Assembly: GCA_011109175.1 (NCBI GenBank)
Contig: RDEW01000004.1
Coordinates: 1,788,422-1,852,421 of the forward strand
Length of the DNA stretch: 64,000 bases
Direction of reading: 5' to 3'
Source: Dicyema japonicum
Taxonomy: Eukaryota > Animalia > Dicyemida
Shown: positions 1-13,488 of the stretch, piece after piece
Layout: every line of letters starts with the position of its first letter
How positions within the stretch are numbered: the first letter of the stretch is position 1
The notes under the pieces: generated by a model
Told to the model about the DNA's origin: nothing
The model's database searches: none
The model's input: the letters and a program-made list of their open reading frames with translations, nothing else
Program-made: the position numbers and the translations under genes

Positions 1-429
1 TAATCTTGAATCTGCTTTAATAGTACCGTCTTGGATGGGAATAATCTTGAATCTGCTTTATCAGTCGCTAATTATTCCCTGGACATTTTTTACTCAAATG
101 GGGCTTCTCAGACAGACTGAATTGTTCAAATATCTTTCAGAAAGTAGAAACATTTCACGTGCTCTGGAAAGTTATGGAAAACAAAAATAAATAACTACAG
201 TAAGCTTAGCTGAGGTACATATTTGCAAATTATTAGAGCTATTCTGTCCCATGGTGGTTACGCGTCCTATGCTGGTAACATGTCTCCGTCAATCGCAGTT
301 AGATGTCATACTTAATGTGACTTTAATCATTTTTACTCATTTCGGAAATATATAATTTTGTCGTTATTCATAAATATTCAACATGTGCTTTTATGGAATA
401 CCAAATTATCCTTAATCACAAGTAATTAA

Positions 430-560
430 ATAAGGAAATCGGGGAAAATTGGCCCACCGCAAGAAAGACGTGCGGGAAGCGGTCTGGCTGAGGCAAAGAA
501 TTGGTATCGCAGTTATCCGCGGAAACGCTTACTCCGTGATGTCAGCAGCCGCTCTCCCCA
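430..560 (+). mobile_element. CRE-clade non-LTR retrotransposon, 3' end fragment
   Basis: Encodes ...VWLRQRIGIAVIRGNAYSV..., matching the C-terminus of ORF 42011-42760 (LWLRQRLKMAIIRGNAFAI), followed by an A/T-rich tail. Confidence 0.8.
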
Positions 561-1689
561 TTGTTAATAAATAATATTTTATTGTTAATAAATTTTTGTT
601 TAAAAAAAAAAAAAATTAAATAATAGTTTATTTGTTTCATGGGATCATAGAAAGGTTTGACAAGAAATTTTTCAATCAACTAAAAACTGGAAAAATTAAT
701 TAAAAAAGAAGTGAGCATAAAGGTTTTTTTTTAATTTCACAGAAAGTGAGAGTTCGGATGATGTTTTTCCACGATCAACAGAGATTTTGACGTGGAACAT
801 ATTTCAAATGTTTCAGGTAATTATCGTATAAAATATGCTGAAAACATAGATGCAGATCATTTTGATCTTAATTTTTTCCACCAAATCTAAATTCAGCCTA
901 TTTTTATTGGAATGGTATTTTTAATGAATAATTTTAGATACGAGTCTTAGATTATGGAGCTGATTCATGGCTAAAGTTGAGCAGATTTGAATTTCCATTT
1001 GAAGAACCAAGTGAAAGTATTCCAATTTGTCTAACAACCGAGTAGAAGTATGTTTAATATTGTTATAACAGATCAGGGCACTTTTAGGAGAATTAAAAAT
1101 AGTCAACTTAGCCAAATCAAGAAAATATAGACTTACAAAAAATAAATTCTTTGATTTTTTTATTAGAAACCAATTAATATTGATTGAATGACAGGTGACA
1201 TGTAACCAGCACAGGATGGGTAACCCTGCGGGACGCGACATATACCATTTGTACTCTTTTAGGTAGAAAATAGAGTAAGAGATCTCTATTTGAGGAAATG
1301 GCTTAATTATCATCCTTTTCAAGTGATTTTGGCATTAGGCATGTTATTGGTTGGAATTATTATATTGGACGATTTTAACAATACCGGCCTTTTCACAAGC
1401 AGTTGCATTGATAATTTATATTCACATTCCTGTCCCTAGAATCAGCCATCCTGATTGTCTTCAGAATAAACTGTTGCAGAATATATAACTGTTATCTTCA
1501 TGTTATTTTGTTCTTTCTGTAGTAAATGTCTCTTTAAATCTGTATAGTTTAAAAACATTCTTAGTAGTTTCTTTTTGACGACATTATGAAGTATTGTGAA
1601 TGCACGTTACGTATCCTTATGACTTCTTTATACTCTGAATGTTTTATACATGTCTCGTTGTTATCTTAATCACTGCAATGATCATCACG

Positions 1690-2330
1690 CCGTTTTATAG
1701 TTGTTTTTAGTGTCAAAGTTCAACATCCAATGCCTTTTGAAGCGATTTCGTATTGCTGATTTATTTGTTTCGTCTTATGCCAATTTTGAAAGTGATATTG
1801 CATATTGTGATCTTTTTATAGTTTCTTCTATCTGAGCTACAGGATTTTAACCATAAGTGTTTTCATCATCAATAAATGATTTTAAAGCTTTTATCATCCT
1901 TGATCACGTGACTGTATTAAATAAGTTGTATTTTGTGGAAAAATATTATGTCGATGTTTGAATATTGTATAGAAGTATATAAGTTGTATTATCCATTAGT
2001 AATGCTATTTTCGTCTTTTCTTCATAATACGACATAGATATTTTCAAAAATACTTTTTGTTATCAAATCTTTGTATAAGCGTCATATTCAATGCCAATGG
2101 CTTTTAGATTTACTATCCTAGTACTCTTGGCCACGTTGACCTTCTTAGTGGTTTATATTTTTTCCATGTGTAGCTGCAACATAAAAGACACGAGAGACGT
2201 TCTATTCTTATGTCCGTTGGATAATTCACTTTTTTCGAAAATGATTTATAAAAATGTTGCAGTTTCGTCACAATTTAAAATATTTTTTTGACCATTAAAT
2301 TTGATCGAAAGTTTTCTGCTCTTTTTTATC
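1690..2330 (-). pseudogene. pogo/Tigger-like (DDE_1) transposase remnant
   Basis: Interrupted minus-strand peptides LNCDETATF, GHKNRTSLV, KYKPLRRSTWPR, NIDIIFFHKIQ..KSFKIIY and LA*DETNKSAIRNRFK fall in the order of the pogo motifs N.DETG / K.R.T / KL.P..I..PR / FLP.N.T..QP.D..FK..Y / AW..V..I.NCF. Confidence 0.6.
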
Positions 2331-2539
2331 AACTGACCGTGCTTCGCCTTGAAGGCTTTGGATATTATATCAAATTATTTTCAAAATTAAGAATTGCAAG
2401 ATTACTTGAGATTTAAAAAGCTTAAAATTTTTTATTATAATTAATTTATTTACAAAAATAATATGAAATAAGAAAAAACTAAGAAACTGAAGACCTATTC
2501 AGTACAATCTGTTGTCGCATATTTATTTGTGGAGATTCG

Positions 2540-2900
2540 TGTAGAAACGAGAATCAGTACGGAGCAGTTGTAACGAAATAACAAAACATTTTTGTGTATG
2601 ATAAGACAAAAAATATGATTACTCTTGTTGAAACTGGGATCATTTCGCTAAACTGCCTCAAGCAGGTTCAAGTATGACCTACTGGCGAATAGAATTGAGA
2701 TTATTCATCTCGCAAAGGTGAAAATAATCCCTGTGGTGATCGCATGGTATGGAATTGTCTCATAAGTTTTTCAGGGGCCACCTGGATGCCCTCAAGGTGG
2801 AAGAGTCGGTCAAAGCTTATATACAAACGCTAGTGTTACGGAAGACTTTGGAGAGTATGCAAGATAAGGAGAGGCGTGGAGTATCGATGCCTGGTGATGA
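2540..2900 (+). mobile_element. R4/Dong-like LINE, restriction-like endonuclease C-terminal remnant
   Basis: Peptides ITLVETGI, IIPVVIAWYGIV and AYIQTLVLRKTLESMQDKERRG resemble the C-terminus of R4-clade elements; contains stops. Confidence 0.55.
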
Positions 2901-3289
2901 GGAAGACGGCGCATGGAATGTCAACCTAGGGTAGTCTCTGAATGTGGGGTATGCAGCGACGTGAACACACCTATACAGGCAATAGAGGTTGGCCCCAAGA
3001 AGAGAAGATTGAGTTATACGGGCGTTATAAAATAATTAATTTTACTTAATTTTTGTAATTAAACTTTAAGTTAATATTTCGTTATTAATTTCCTCACTTG
3101 TGCGATTATTATATCAAAAAATTTCATTATTACTTTTAAAATGATACAATCTCTCGAAAAAAGAGGTTTCCCCGCAGTTTGGGTTTCGAGGCTGGACTGT
3201 ATTTGATATACATAGAAAAATTCTTCTTCATGACCTATCAGCCGAAACCTGAGAGATCACTAAATTAAAAGAGAAAGAATCTCCCATAT

Positions 3290-3680
3290 AATTAAGTGAT
3301 CCCGGATAAACAAGGGGATGTCGAAACAAGCAGAGACAGATGTGCTGAACGTAAAACCTCGTAGAGAGGCTGTCGTATTTCTTTAACTTGAAAGCCGCCG
3401 TTCGAGCCGCCTTCCAATCTTTCAACGCGGAACCAGAAAGTCTCGACTGGGAAAAGTGTCGGTACAAGCCCCATCCCAATCATGCATTTCTCTAGAGAGG
3501 AGGGTAAAACCGTCTGGGCGCTTTTCATCACCATGATCCAGGCCCACCGGTTCCAGAGAGGACGGGAATCCAGTCGCCTCAAGAAAGCGGTCACAACCCC
3601 GTTAATGGCTGCATGCCTTGGGAACCGAAGGAAACGTCTCCAACAGAAGTTAGGCCGATGCCCACAGAAGTCTAATGGCT
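3290..3680 (-). mobile_element. CRE-clade retrotransposon fragment (endonuclease region)
   Basis: Frameshifted peptides RFPRHAAINGVV / ATGFPSSLEPVGLDHGDEKRPDGFTL / WDGACTDTF / AFKLKKYDSL align to ORF 42011-42760. Confidence 0.8.
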
Positions 3681-5332
3681 AAAAAAGTTTGCTTCAAAAC
3701 AATTTTATCGAAATTAATATTCACAATTTAGTCTTGGAGATAAGAATGTTAAAATTCTCCAGACTTTACTGATAGAAGTAGCAAGGCAAGGAACTTGCCG
3801 AAAACATGAGCCTTTGGAAGGAAAAGATAATTCTTTAATAGAAAAAACGCAGTATGTAGATCAAGTTAGAGTAGATCAACGGTGTCACCACTAATCTCAG
3901 AATGTTTTATATTATGAATACGAAAGATAATTTCTTTGGAAATGGGGGAGCTCAATACAATTAAGTGTTCCACATCGGTAATAACAGCACCAGGGAAACA
4001 AATCATGATTCTGTTTCATGATTTAAAGAATTCATTTTGTGAGAGTTATATGTTTTATTAAATCTCAATGAAATGACAAAAGATTCCATATTGGCTTGCA
4101 GGCACTGAAAATTCAATGAGTTACCTTCATGAACGCGCACCCAACGCTATGTGAGTATCGTCATTTTATTTTTTGTTTATCTTGACTGTTAATTTGAATT
4201 CAATTATTTTTCAAATGACATTTTTTGTGAATTTCATCTTCACCGTTAATAGATGACACTTTCTCCCAGTCGAAACTCTAACTTTCAACACAAATTATCA
4301 TAAAACCAATACTTTTCGAACAGCAAAAATTGTCTTCCTACATATTAGGAAATTGTGCTGCTTTTTATGGATAAAAATTTTAAATATGTTGCAATTTTCA
4401 AAAATTAATTATATAAATGTAAAAAAATATTTCTAAAAAAATTATACCCCCGTATGACCGATTTCTACCACTCCTTCATAAGCCGACAATTTCGAGTATA
4501 GACGGATAACCGGTCAAATCTATATTTCGCCTGACGACTTCGTTCACGGCCTTCTGTCTGGGAGACCTTCCAACAATTCTCCAACAAGCGACTGGGTGTT
4601 GAGGGAGGTCTCTGAGTCGTGCCACAGTTGCATTCCCAATTTCATTGATGATTCCTTTACCAATTCCTTACCACTTCAGAGGTTTCCCAGGTGATTGTGA
4701 GGAAAAAAAGACGATATCTGAGAGTTGAGTACTTCAACTTTTTTCTTTTTAAAGACTCGAATTTTAGGATGTCAGAATGATAGGAAAATGCAAAGTAGGA
4801 GTGGTGGATAAATTGACCCATGTCTTAAACGAGAGGTCTCCAGTGTGAAAATAAGTAAATTGCCATGGGAAATCAGGACTCTTTGTATTCGCAGGGTCCA
4901 ACCCAGAGGTTTGATCAGAGACGGAAACCTAGCTGAAACCAGACTACTTTTGACAAAATCGTTGAGATTTTGTGTCTGGGTACCTCCCGGCGCATTTTCA
5001 GACAAAAGAAGATAAATCCACTTCCATGGCCTCACAGTGACAAGTTTGAATTTCATAAAAGAATTTCTTGATTTATGGCGAGACTAACTTTCTACGAAAT
5101 TTTTTTAATTCCTCAGCCAAAAGAGTTCATACAACTCCTGGAAGATTCTGAAACTGGTCAAAACAGATGTGGGTAGTGTACTTTCCCCACCAGTATGCTG
5201 CAGCTTCCACGGGTTGGAAGATCTACAACAGATGCTATCTGGAACCATCCAGTTTGCCATAAATACTAAAAAAGGGGCATCCTCGGCTTAGATATGTCTC
5301 CGAATGCATCAACTTCAAGAAATTAACAAGTA

Positions 5333-5520
5333 ATGTTAACTAATCGTAAAGGGAAAACTAAGGAATGCTCTTCACTTCTTTTTATTTTTGTTTGCTTAAA
5401 ACTCCATCTTTCGGATTCGAACCCACGACCTTTACATCCGATGTCACCAGACGCTAAGTTAGTTTCAGTCATAAAGCCCACTAAACTGAGCATCAGACGG
5501 GCTACGCCTGTTATCACTCC
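5333..5520 (-). mobile_element. tRNA-derived SINE copy
   Basis: Minus strand has A-box-like GCTCAGTTTAGTGG and B-box GGGTTCGAATCC; shares 'gaagtgaagagcattccttag' with the copy at 57822 and 'acgattagtta' with the copy at 45101. Confidence 0.65.
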
Positions 5521-5765
5521 ATGGACGATTCTCTTCTAGACTCCGTTAGGAAACCTTTTAAGAGTGGATGTGAACATTTTTAGTGTTTGAATCATTTTAT
5601 TTTCTTAGTTCCAGAGAACGTGTCAGTTAGTGTCCGGGTGTATATTTGGTATGACAAATATTTTCATCGCACATCATAGCTTCTCTTGAAAAACTTAGGG
5701 GAGATGAATTATTAGAGACCAAACCCCATTTGGCTTTAATCATAGTTGAGGAAAATGATCTAAGT

Positions 5766-7265
5766 CAGTGTTTCTCAACTTTTTTTTTCGTATCGCCCCC
5801 TATAATAACTATAGATAGTAAGTTATAATTAATTAGTATTTTTTAATAAAAATGTTAATGTGACCATTTACTTTTGTGATGGTTTACCAGATTCTCTATA
5901 TTTGGGATTATTTTACTAAGAACGACTCTTATGTCTCACTTTTCTAGATAGTCTAATTATTCCGCTGCTTCTTACTGTTTTTTTTAATTTATAAAACACG
6001 TTTTATTTAATAATGAAAGTTTTTAAATTTATTTTGTTTTTAAGAAGTAAGAACGTTCTTGTTAATTAATCCGAGGAAATTAACCCAATGCATAGAAAAT
6101 GTTCATGGCTTCTCGTTCTTTCTTTTTGGGTTGTGAGCGAGTCTCATTGTTTCGAGAATAGTAGTTTGATAGTATATGCCACAAGTGAGAAATTGATTCG
6201 TTTTTGAAACGAATTTTAAGTTCGTCATTTTTAATTCAATCGGGTCTTGTATTCCCCTTTACGTATCAAACCAGGATGATGACCACGGATATTAATCATC
6301 TGCAATATTCCAATAATTTTACATTAATTGTACTTCAATATGCCAGATTGATTATCAAATAAAACTGAATCATTAATTTATACTGAAAATTTTGTTTTTC
6401 TGAGAGAAATCTCGTAAAAATTCTTATTCGCATTATGTCGTTACTAAATGGAATATTATTAATAATTCGGAAAATTCCCTCTCAGAATGTGTTTATAAAC
6501 AATTCTATACAGCTAAGTACAACTCTCTCAGAAAATAAATGAAGATTAAATCTTAAATTAATATTATTACAATTACCAAGGGTAACCAAACTATCTAACT
6601 TCTTGATCCTCGTTCCAGAACTTGTCTTAGTTGGATCCTCCATGCCGGTCACGCATTGGGCGTCACCTCACTAAGGATAATCAAATGACGCCATCGGAGG
6701 AAGGGAAAATAATTTTTGACCAACTAGCCACACAGTACCACATGGCGCCACGCGGCCAGCTGACTTATAAAATAAAAAAATCACCTATAAAAAATAAAAA
6801 AAACCAGTGATGACGATAATTTTTCCAACTCAATGTACATACACAAACCCTGAAAAGCATGAGGATTTGTAGGTATTTATTGAAATTATTTTTGTCCTTT
6901 TGTTATGGTTTCTCTTTAGGCTTCTAAAAATCAATATCTTTTCGTAGTGATTAGATGTTTTGATTTTGCGTGTTCTAATAAGCGAGGTGTCTTCATCACT
7001 TGTTGGAAAATTCCATATCACAAGCAAACAAAAAGTTTTAGTGGATCTTTTGATTTTGAATAAAATCATGAGATCAATAGTTCTCTTATATTCCCTTATT
7101 TTTCAACAGGCTCCATTAAAAAGTTGCACGCTTTATATTTAAGTTATTTAAATTAAATTTATTTGTAAAATATTTCATAATTAAAAAATCCGTAATTAAA
7201 AAATCGCCCCCTGACCATTAAATATTTGTCCCTGATGAGCGAATCGCCCCTTGTTGAGAACACTG
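5766..7265 (-). mobile_element. hAT (Charlie-like) DNA transposon with TIRs and 8-bp TSD, decayed transposase
   Basis: Left TIR cagtgtttctcaac (5766); right gttgagaacactg (ends 7265); flanks atctaagt (5758-5765) and atctaact (7266-7273), 7/8 match; internal minus-strand IPFSNDIMRIRI resembles Charlie IPLSNDTV.RRI. Confidence 0.75.
6570..6790 (+). repeat. Dispersed structured-motif repeat, copy B (inserted in the hAT element)
   Basis: Core ggatcc..atgc-cggtcac-gcat-tgggcgtca-cct-cacta-agg..tgacgcc at 6633-6693; upstream flank homologous to the reverse complement of 23395-23470. Confidence 0.7.
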
Positions 7266-8384
7266 ATCTAACTAAACGCACATTGACTTTGAAAATATTT
7301 TGTCCAAATTACTTAAAAGATTATAAAATTTGACTATTTTCAATGTAAAACATTTATCCTCCTCATTATGTTATAATGTAAGAATTTGAAAGCGTGAGAC
7401 CTGAAATTATGGATAACAAGCAGGAGTTTTAAAGAAGATACCAAGAATCTCGTAAGCAAAGATTTAGTCAGAGAGGATGAGGTGTTTTCATTAAGAAAAC
7501 TCTTCAGCGTAGACTCGAATAAAGTTGTCCCCCAAGTCTGTATGTCATTATCCACATTCGGAACTGGGGAGATGGTATCGTGATTTCCAAATCAACATGT
7601 AACATAACATTTGAGATGACCATTTGAAATAAAATGTGATGTTTCCGCTTCCTACGATTTATAAGTTCCCCAATATTGACTCTGATTTTTTTTCATTTTT
7701 CAAAATCACTCGCTTTATAATATCTTTTCTCAAGTTCTTAATTCATAGAGATCGTCGGGGAACCGGAGATGAATTGATAGAACATCGCTAATATACCTTA
7801 AATCTTTAGCAGCAAGGAGATCATACATGAGAATCACCAAATAATCACCTTTACTACTGGAAGTGGTCAAACTGTTATCACTTTTTTGGATTACTGGAGA
7901 AAAGTTACATCTAAATAATCCTAAAACCTTGAGATGACATCTTCAATTGTAATCACAACTGATTCATCGAGTTGTACAGCTGATTTGATATAATCTTTAC
8001 GTTTGGGATGCTGTCATAGTGGGGGATTATAAAATAGCTACCCCATCAAACTCTTGTTTCATTAGCAGTATGAACCCTTATGTGTAGGATTCGATGTTCA
8101 ATCAATTCATCATTTTTAGGTTATAGTTAAGTTTTTGTGACTTTTACTAATTTGTCTCTCTAGGACCTGTTCTGTCCCACGTGACACTGAGGGGTAATTT
8201 ATCGATATTCTATTGAATAAAAATACTTTAAAGAATATTATTGAGATGGTAGAAAAAGCCAGCCTCATTGAGAAGATCCGAAAAAGGCTTTTGAGTGTTG
8301 CCAGATGTCCTAGTATCTTCAGGGAACTAAATTGTAACCAAGCAGCTATCTTGACTTATATGGAGCAATTCGCCTGGACTTGGG

Positions 8385-8500
8385 CCAAACCCCTCCAGTG
8401 GAGTAAGTGAGAGCAAATGATCCTTTTTCGTGCCGGCCTGGCACTGGGCGCCACCTAGTCAAGTGTATCACATGACGACACATGGTGCCACGCGGCTAGC
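8385..8500 (+). repeat. Dispersed structured-motif repeat, copy C
   Basis: gagcaaatgatcctttttcgtgccggcctggcactgggcgccacctag...cacatggtgccacgcgg; near-identical to 52435-52535. Confidence 0.75.
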
Positions 8501-9879
8501 ATCACTCCGTCATCTGTTCAAAAAAGAATCGAACGCGTAAGATGACTTTTTTTGAATATTATTTCTCCAATGTACCATTACTAACGACTTCGAATTTAGG
8601 GGTAGGCAACAAAAAACAAAATCTGAGGTCTCCAGAACTTAATGTGCTACTTCTGGTTGTCCAGATTGAGCAAGTAGGTATATTAGCGATATTCTATCAT
8701 CTAATAACATTTCTCCCGTTATTCTTGGTTCCGCCATTTCAACGATTAGTTAGCCCTTTAACTTTTGATTAACCGGATCATTCCTTGAAGGGATTCAATT
8801 TCCCAGATCAGAAGATGATTAAATATTAAATTATTAACCACAGTTTCAATAACATCCTGATCATTGAGGCCAACGTAGAAGAGGCTAGAATACATATATG
8901 TTGCAGTCAATTTGTGTAATCATTAAATTAATGAAATGACTAAGAATTCCAGTCAATTTATGAAAATTTTCATGAATTGTCTAAACATTTCATGAATTGA
9001 CTGATTACACAAATTGACAGTAACATATATGTTTCATTAAAGAACTCTTATACGTCGATAAATACCCAACGTCGGTAATAAAGATACAATCAGATTCGAT
9101 GCCGCAGACAGCCTGTGCCTCCTGGGCTTATGGAATTTAAATTTCGAACTTTCACAAGATTAATTCTGATTCTGAGAATATACTTTCCTAAAAGTTATTG
9201 TAATTTTATCTATGAGTCTGAATTCAATCTGCTTCTCACAATTATACATATTATGGCATATTATCCTACTTTCAGTGATATTCACACATGTTATGGTATA
9301 TTAGCCTTTACTCTCTGAACTGTGACTGGTGTGGAGAATGAGGATAAATAGACCCACGGAATTGTTTCCTTATTAGAACTCAATTATAATTATTCAAATG
9401 AAAATGCAAAGGTGGTAGAAACATGATAATTGGTAAAAACTAATATTCTCTCTTTGCATTTATTCCACGTGTCTCCACGTGTCTGCTTTGGTTTACATAA
9501 TATAAGACTCGATTATTTATCCATCTTTAATTTTTCATATGACAATGAGCTCCTCGAAGACCATCTCCCCCTGACAAAAAAATCTCCAAAAGGGTCGATT
9601 CGCCCCTCGTTGAAACCACTGCTCTAAACTATGATTATGAACATTGGTGACAGCAAATCATGTGAAGGGTAATCTTGTAGAAAAATTATGGCTCGAGGTA
9701 GTAATTCTCCGGTAGGCCGGGATTCAAAGAGGAAAAGAGATTTTGACCTAAGCACCTACTCTAGGAGATAAATATTTTCTTCGAAGATGCAATGTCTTCG
9801 AAGAGGAATATGTATAATGATTACTACATAATTACTCTCCCAACAACATGTGGACACTATGGACTTGGATCACAATCTC

Positions 9880-10625
9880 TGCAATCATGTAGCTCGAATC
9901 TGATCAGTTTCTGACCGAGTAGCTGTTGTGCAAATCAGATGGGGAATAAACCGAATTCAGTGATCACTATAATGAATGTATATCCCAACAGGACTCAGAG
10001 TTTCATCTAACCCATAAGAACTAGAGTTTCCACTCAACTGTAACTGAAGTGTACACTTACCTTATATTCATTGCTGGTGACTGGAATGCCAGACCAGTAA
10101 AGGCAAGACCTGGTGAGTCCTGCATAGGATTTCTCGGTAGGGATCAGGAAATTTACCTGTCGAGTCACTTGTTCTATTCTGCTTGTCTTTTGACCTATTT
10201 ATGCTGCATTTAAAAATTCTTCAAGATAAAAGACTACCGGGTTGGATCAAAAGAGATAAAACGGAAATCACGTCAAAATATTCAGTCAAATAGATTACAT
10301 ATTATGCAGAAGAATTCACAACAATCTAGTGACATGCAAATCTGATTCAGTGACTGATTCAAAGTCTAGAGACAGTTAGTGATCAAAAACTCAGTGTTGC
10401 CTGTTTGGTACAACGCAGGATATATGGAACAATTGGAAAACATAAAATGAGGAGGAGCATTCCGTGGAACTCCAAGAGCTTCTCTACCATCTATTAACTA
10501 AAAAATATAGAAAAGAAACTCGAAAACGCAGAAGAGCTTGACTATTTAAGAGAAAAAACAGGAAACAGGGGAACTAGCAAGAGAATAGTTAACGAATTTG
10601 TTATGAGCGTGACACAAGGGAAGTT
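9880..10625 (+). mobile_element. RTE-clade LINE remnants (APE endonuclease and 3' end)
   Basis: VSDRVAVVQI, YIPT and AGDWNAR (APE motif GD.NA) followed by FRGTPRASLP, which resembles FRGRPRVTLP in ORF 58543-59064. Confidence 0.55.
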
Positions 10626-10785
10626 TAATTAACTTTTCGTGAGTTCTTAAAATAATATAAGGTAATTTATGAGTCTGATAAAAATCGAGTCATCATTGGA
10701 TATGCTTCAATGGCTATCTTGAGCACAGTTGTTTGTGACATAAAAGAACAATACTAAAATACAAAAGAAAATTAAAGTCAATTCA

Positions 10786-11206
10786 CTACTCGATGTCCTC
10801 ACTTGGGATGGATTCTATTCGCTTCGAAATGGACTCCCATCTCTCTTTGAGCAGCAACTTCAGCCTCTTCGCTTCTTCTATCTGGCGGAGACATTTATTT
10901 TTCATTCCCACAATGAGGGACTTAGCTTCGGTCAAAATAACACCCACGGTTGCCTTTTTACGTGCAAGCGACGGAATGCATTTCTTCAGTTTGTCTATTT
11001 TTCTGGAGATTTTTCTTCTTCGAACTTTGTTCCGCTTATTCGTGCATGTTTTCTTATTGTAGTGAGAATTAAAATAATATCCATCATCATCAAAGAAGAA
11101 TTTATCCTCAGTTTTTACGGTTCCTCGACTTGAGTCACAAAGTGATCCTCCGAAGGCTGAAGCATCATTGAAAAGTCGTAATTTTGAGGGGAGGGGCACT
11201 CTCTTT
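10786..11206 (-). CDS. bHLH-leucine zipper transcription factor (Myc/Max/Mlx-like fold, divergent); terminal coding exon
   Basis: 137-codon open frame with NKRNKVRRRKISRKIDKLKKCIP...KATVGVILTEAKSLIVGMK and a zipper-like tail; preceded by a pyrimidine-rich ttttag acceptor; candidate first exon from ATG 11562 or 11535, splice path unresolved. Confidence 0.7.
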
Positions 11207-11819
11207 CTAAAATGAAAGTAAACAAAGTTAATTGGTAGAAAATATAAGAAATCTTAGAACTAACCAGTTATCAAAACGGTGGGCCCAAAATGTGAATAAA
11301 TTTTTTCAACATTTTCGCGTCAAAAAAATTGTTGAATTGGTTATTTTCACAAAGATTATAAAGATTCAAGTTCAGACTTTCACAAACATTGTAATTTTCC
11401 TTGAAGAAATCCGGAACCATTACAGGGCTATAAAGAAATAAAATAAAAGACGTCGTCTTCAAAATTCCTACCGAGGTGATTCGGAATCAGATCATTTGGA
11501 CTTTCGGGGGGAAAATCAGGGAAATCGCTATCCATTGATGGAAATATACGCGCGGTTTTCATTTAAAAATACTTTGTCCGTGGCGCAAATGACGCATAAC
11601 AAAGTAAAAGAAAATCATATAAATTGACCACCGTCAACTTTGAGTGAGTCCACCCTTATTTAAGGACCAATGAAGACGATAAACTCACTCAGACATTCAA
11701 GGACGTTAAATCCGGCATTAATCTAATATCCTCAAATTTAAATATTGATTTATGCAATTTGACTAAATTTGAATAATTACACAAATGTCAGTTCGCTGTC
11801 GGAAAGGCCAAAGTTGAAG

Positions 11820-11870
11820 TGCCGGAAGTACGATGACTTTCCCGGTGATGTAACATTACTTCCTGGAAAC
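11820..11870. promoter_or_regulatory. Possible promoter elements (ETS-like CCGGAAGT and ACTTCCTGG) upstream of the bHLH gene
   Basis: ccggaagt at 11822-11829 and acttcctgg at 11858-11866, about 260-300 bp upstream of the candidate ATG; motif match only. Confidence 0.25.
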
Positions 11871-12224
11871 CTCTGTGAACCTCATCCTACAATTTTTCGA
11901 AAAATTAGGAAAACTAATCTTTGCCTGCTCATGTGACCTTCGTGAACGATGCTGATGATCTAACAGATTTCCCTCGCAAGAGGAATAGCCATGTAGATAG
12001 GCTGCGATTCTCAAACTCCAATTTTGTAACAGTTGATCCTGTAACTGATTTCATATACTTTTGTTGCTGGTGATCAAGTAAATTCCAACAGAATCGTCGG
12101 AGATCAGTGATATGGAGCATTTGAGAGTCAAGATGCCCTAGCAGAAGAGGTCTATATGCGAAGATAAATGTAAGAGGCTTCTGAACCAATCAAACCAACA
12201 CCGACGTACCTGTCTAGTCACTGA

Positions 12225-12830
12225 AAGGTGCGGATGTAGTGGCGCTTGGATCGATGCCAGTCATGAGTCACTTTGATGACGATATCCATCAGACTTGGAC
12301 TGAAGATTTGCAGACTCACAAGTGCCGGTGGCATGGTACTGTAGACTGTTATGGACATCATGCCCTTTCTTGTCGGAAGGCGATGAACGGATTGTTAATC
12401 GAGTCTGCTGGATACTCCTTCATAATTGAACCTGTTGGCCGGACAGAGATAGAAAACGGCCGGACGGAATTAAAATTTTTCCATCGAGGAAGGGAAGCCT
12501 TTGGTATGGAATACTACGTGTGTCGACTCCCTTTATCTATCCAACATTGTCGGGAGCGCAGTAGACACACTGTATGCCGCGGAAAAAAACAATGAAATCA
12601 AAAAAGAAAAAATTCGAAGCGTTGCTCGATCGGTTCACGTTCTGCCCCATCGTAATTGAGACAACAGGACGACTAAGCGGGAAATATCTTCGTTTCTTAG
12701 ACTGGGACGCCTAGCTACACTAAAAAGCCATGACGCACGGTGGCTTCTCCAGTTTATCTCTGTTGCAATCGTTAGGGGCAATGCAACGTCGATTATGTCG
12801 TCGGGGATCATTTTTGATTGGGTTTTGTGT
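12225..12830 (+). mobile_element. CRE-clade retrotransposon 3' fragment
   Basis: ORF 12239-12595 has HKCRWHGTVDCYGHHALSC (zinc knuckle) and IEPVG; downstream PIVIETTG and SVAIVRGNATSI. Confidence 0.8.
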
Positions 12831-13488
12831 TTTCATAAATATATTAATCAAATAAACTATAATTATATTCAAATAAATTGGCCTTCATTGGCGTCATCTG
12901 GATACCTTCTAAGTGTAACCTGCTACCCTGGACAGGAGAGACTAAAAAATTAAAAGATTTTGGTTCAAGAGAGTAGAATTTGTCTAATATTATAATACAG
13001 TAGCACCAATCTCATTGAGAGTGTCCACCATATGCAATGTCACTACAAATGCCCCAAACACTAAATTACCTAAAATGAAAGGTGATTACCCAAAACAGGA
13101 CCTTTCTCAGCCTCATCATTCCTACAATGCATTTGTTGATAAAACCCCCTGATTGACTATTTTCCAGAAATTTAATTTTTCTCTCTGTTGTGCAGATTCC
13201 TAAATTAATTAAAGGTGAAAACTAACTAACACTAGTATCTGTTACATGAAGGTCACTATAACATTTATTTTAGTGTAACCGTAATGGACATTTAACATAC
13301 AAACAGTCCGATAGGCCTCTTGTAATCTCGTCATTAAATTCTTGTCTATTCAACCAAGTTTTATGACGCAAAACATCGTCTTGATTCCTTTATGAGACAA
13401 TAATGTACTTTAAAGTTTTTTTGATAACTAGTGACTCAATATGGTTATCAAGAAAACTTCTTTGTGGATACAAACGAATCCCATGCGA

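Noticed and set aside
921-1420. D5-like primase/helicase of a Polinton, suggested by TNNMP..KRMIIKPF
   Set aside because: Short motif only, with no Walker A/B found; the neighbouring region is better explained as pogo transposase.
7231-7260. CTGATGAG hammerhead core here and at 63954
   Set aside because: No compatible stems; 7231 lies in the hAT subterminal region.
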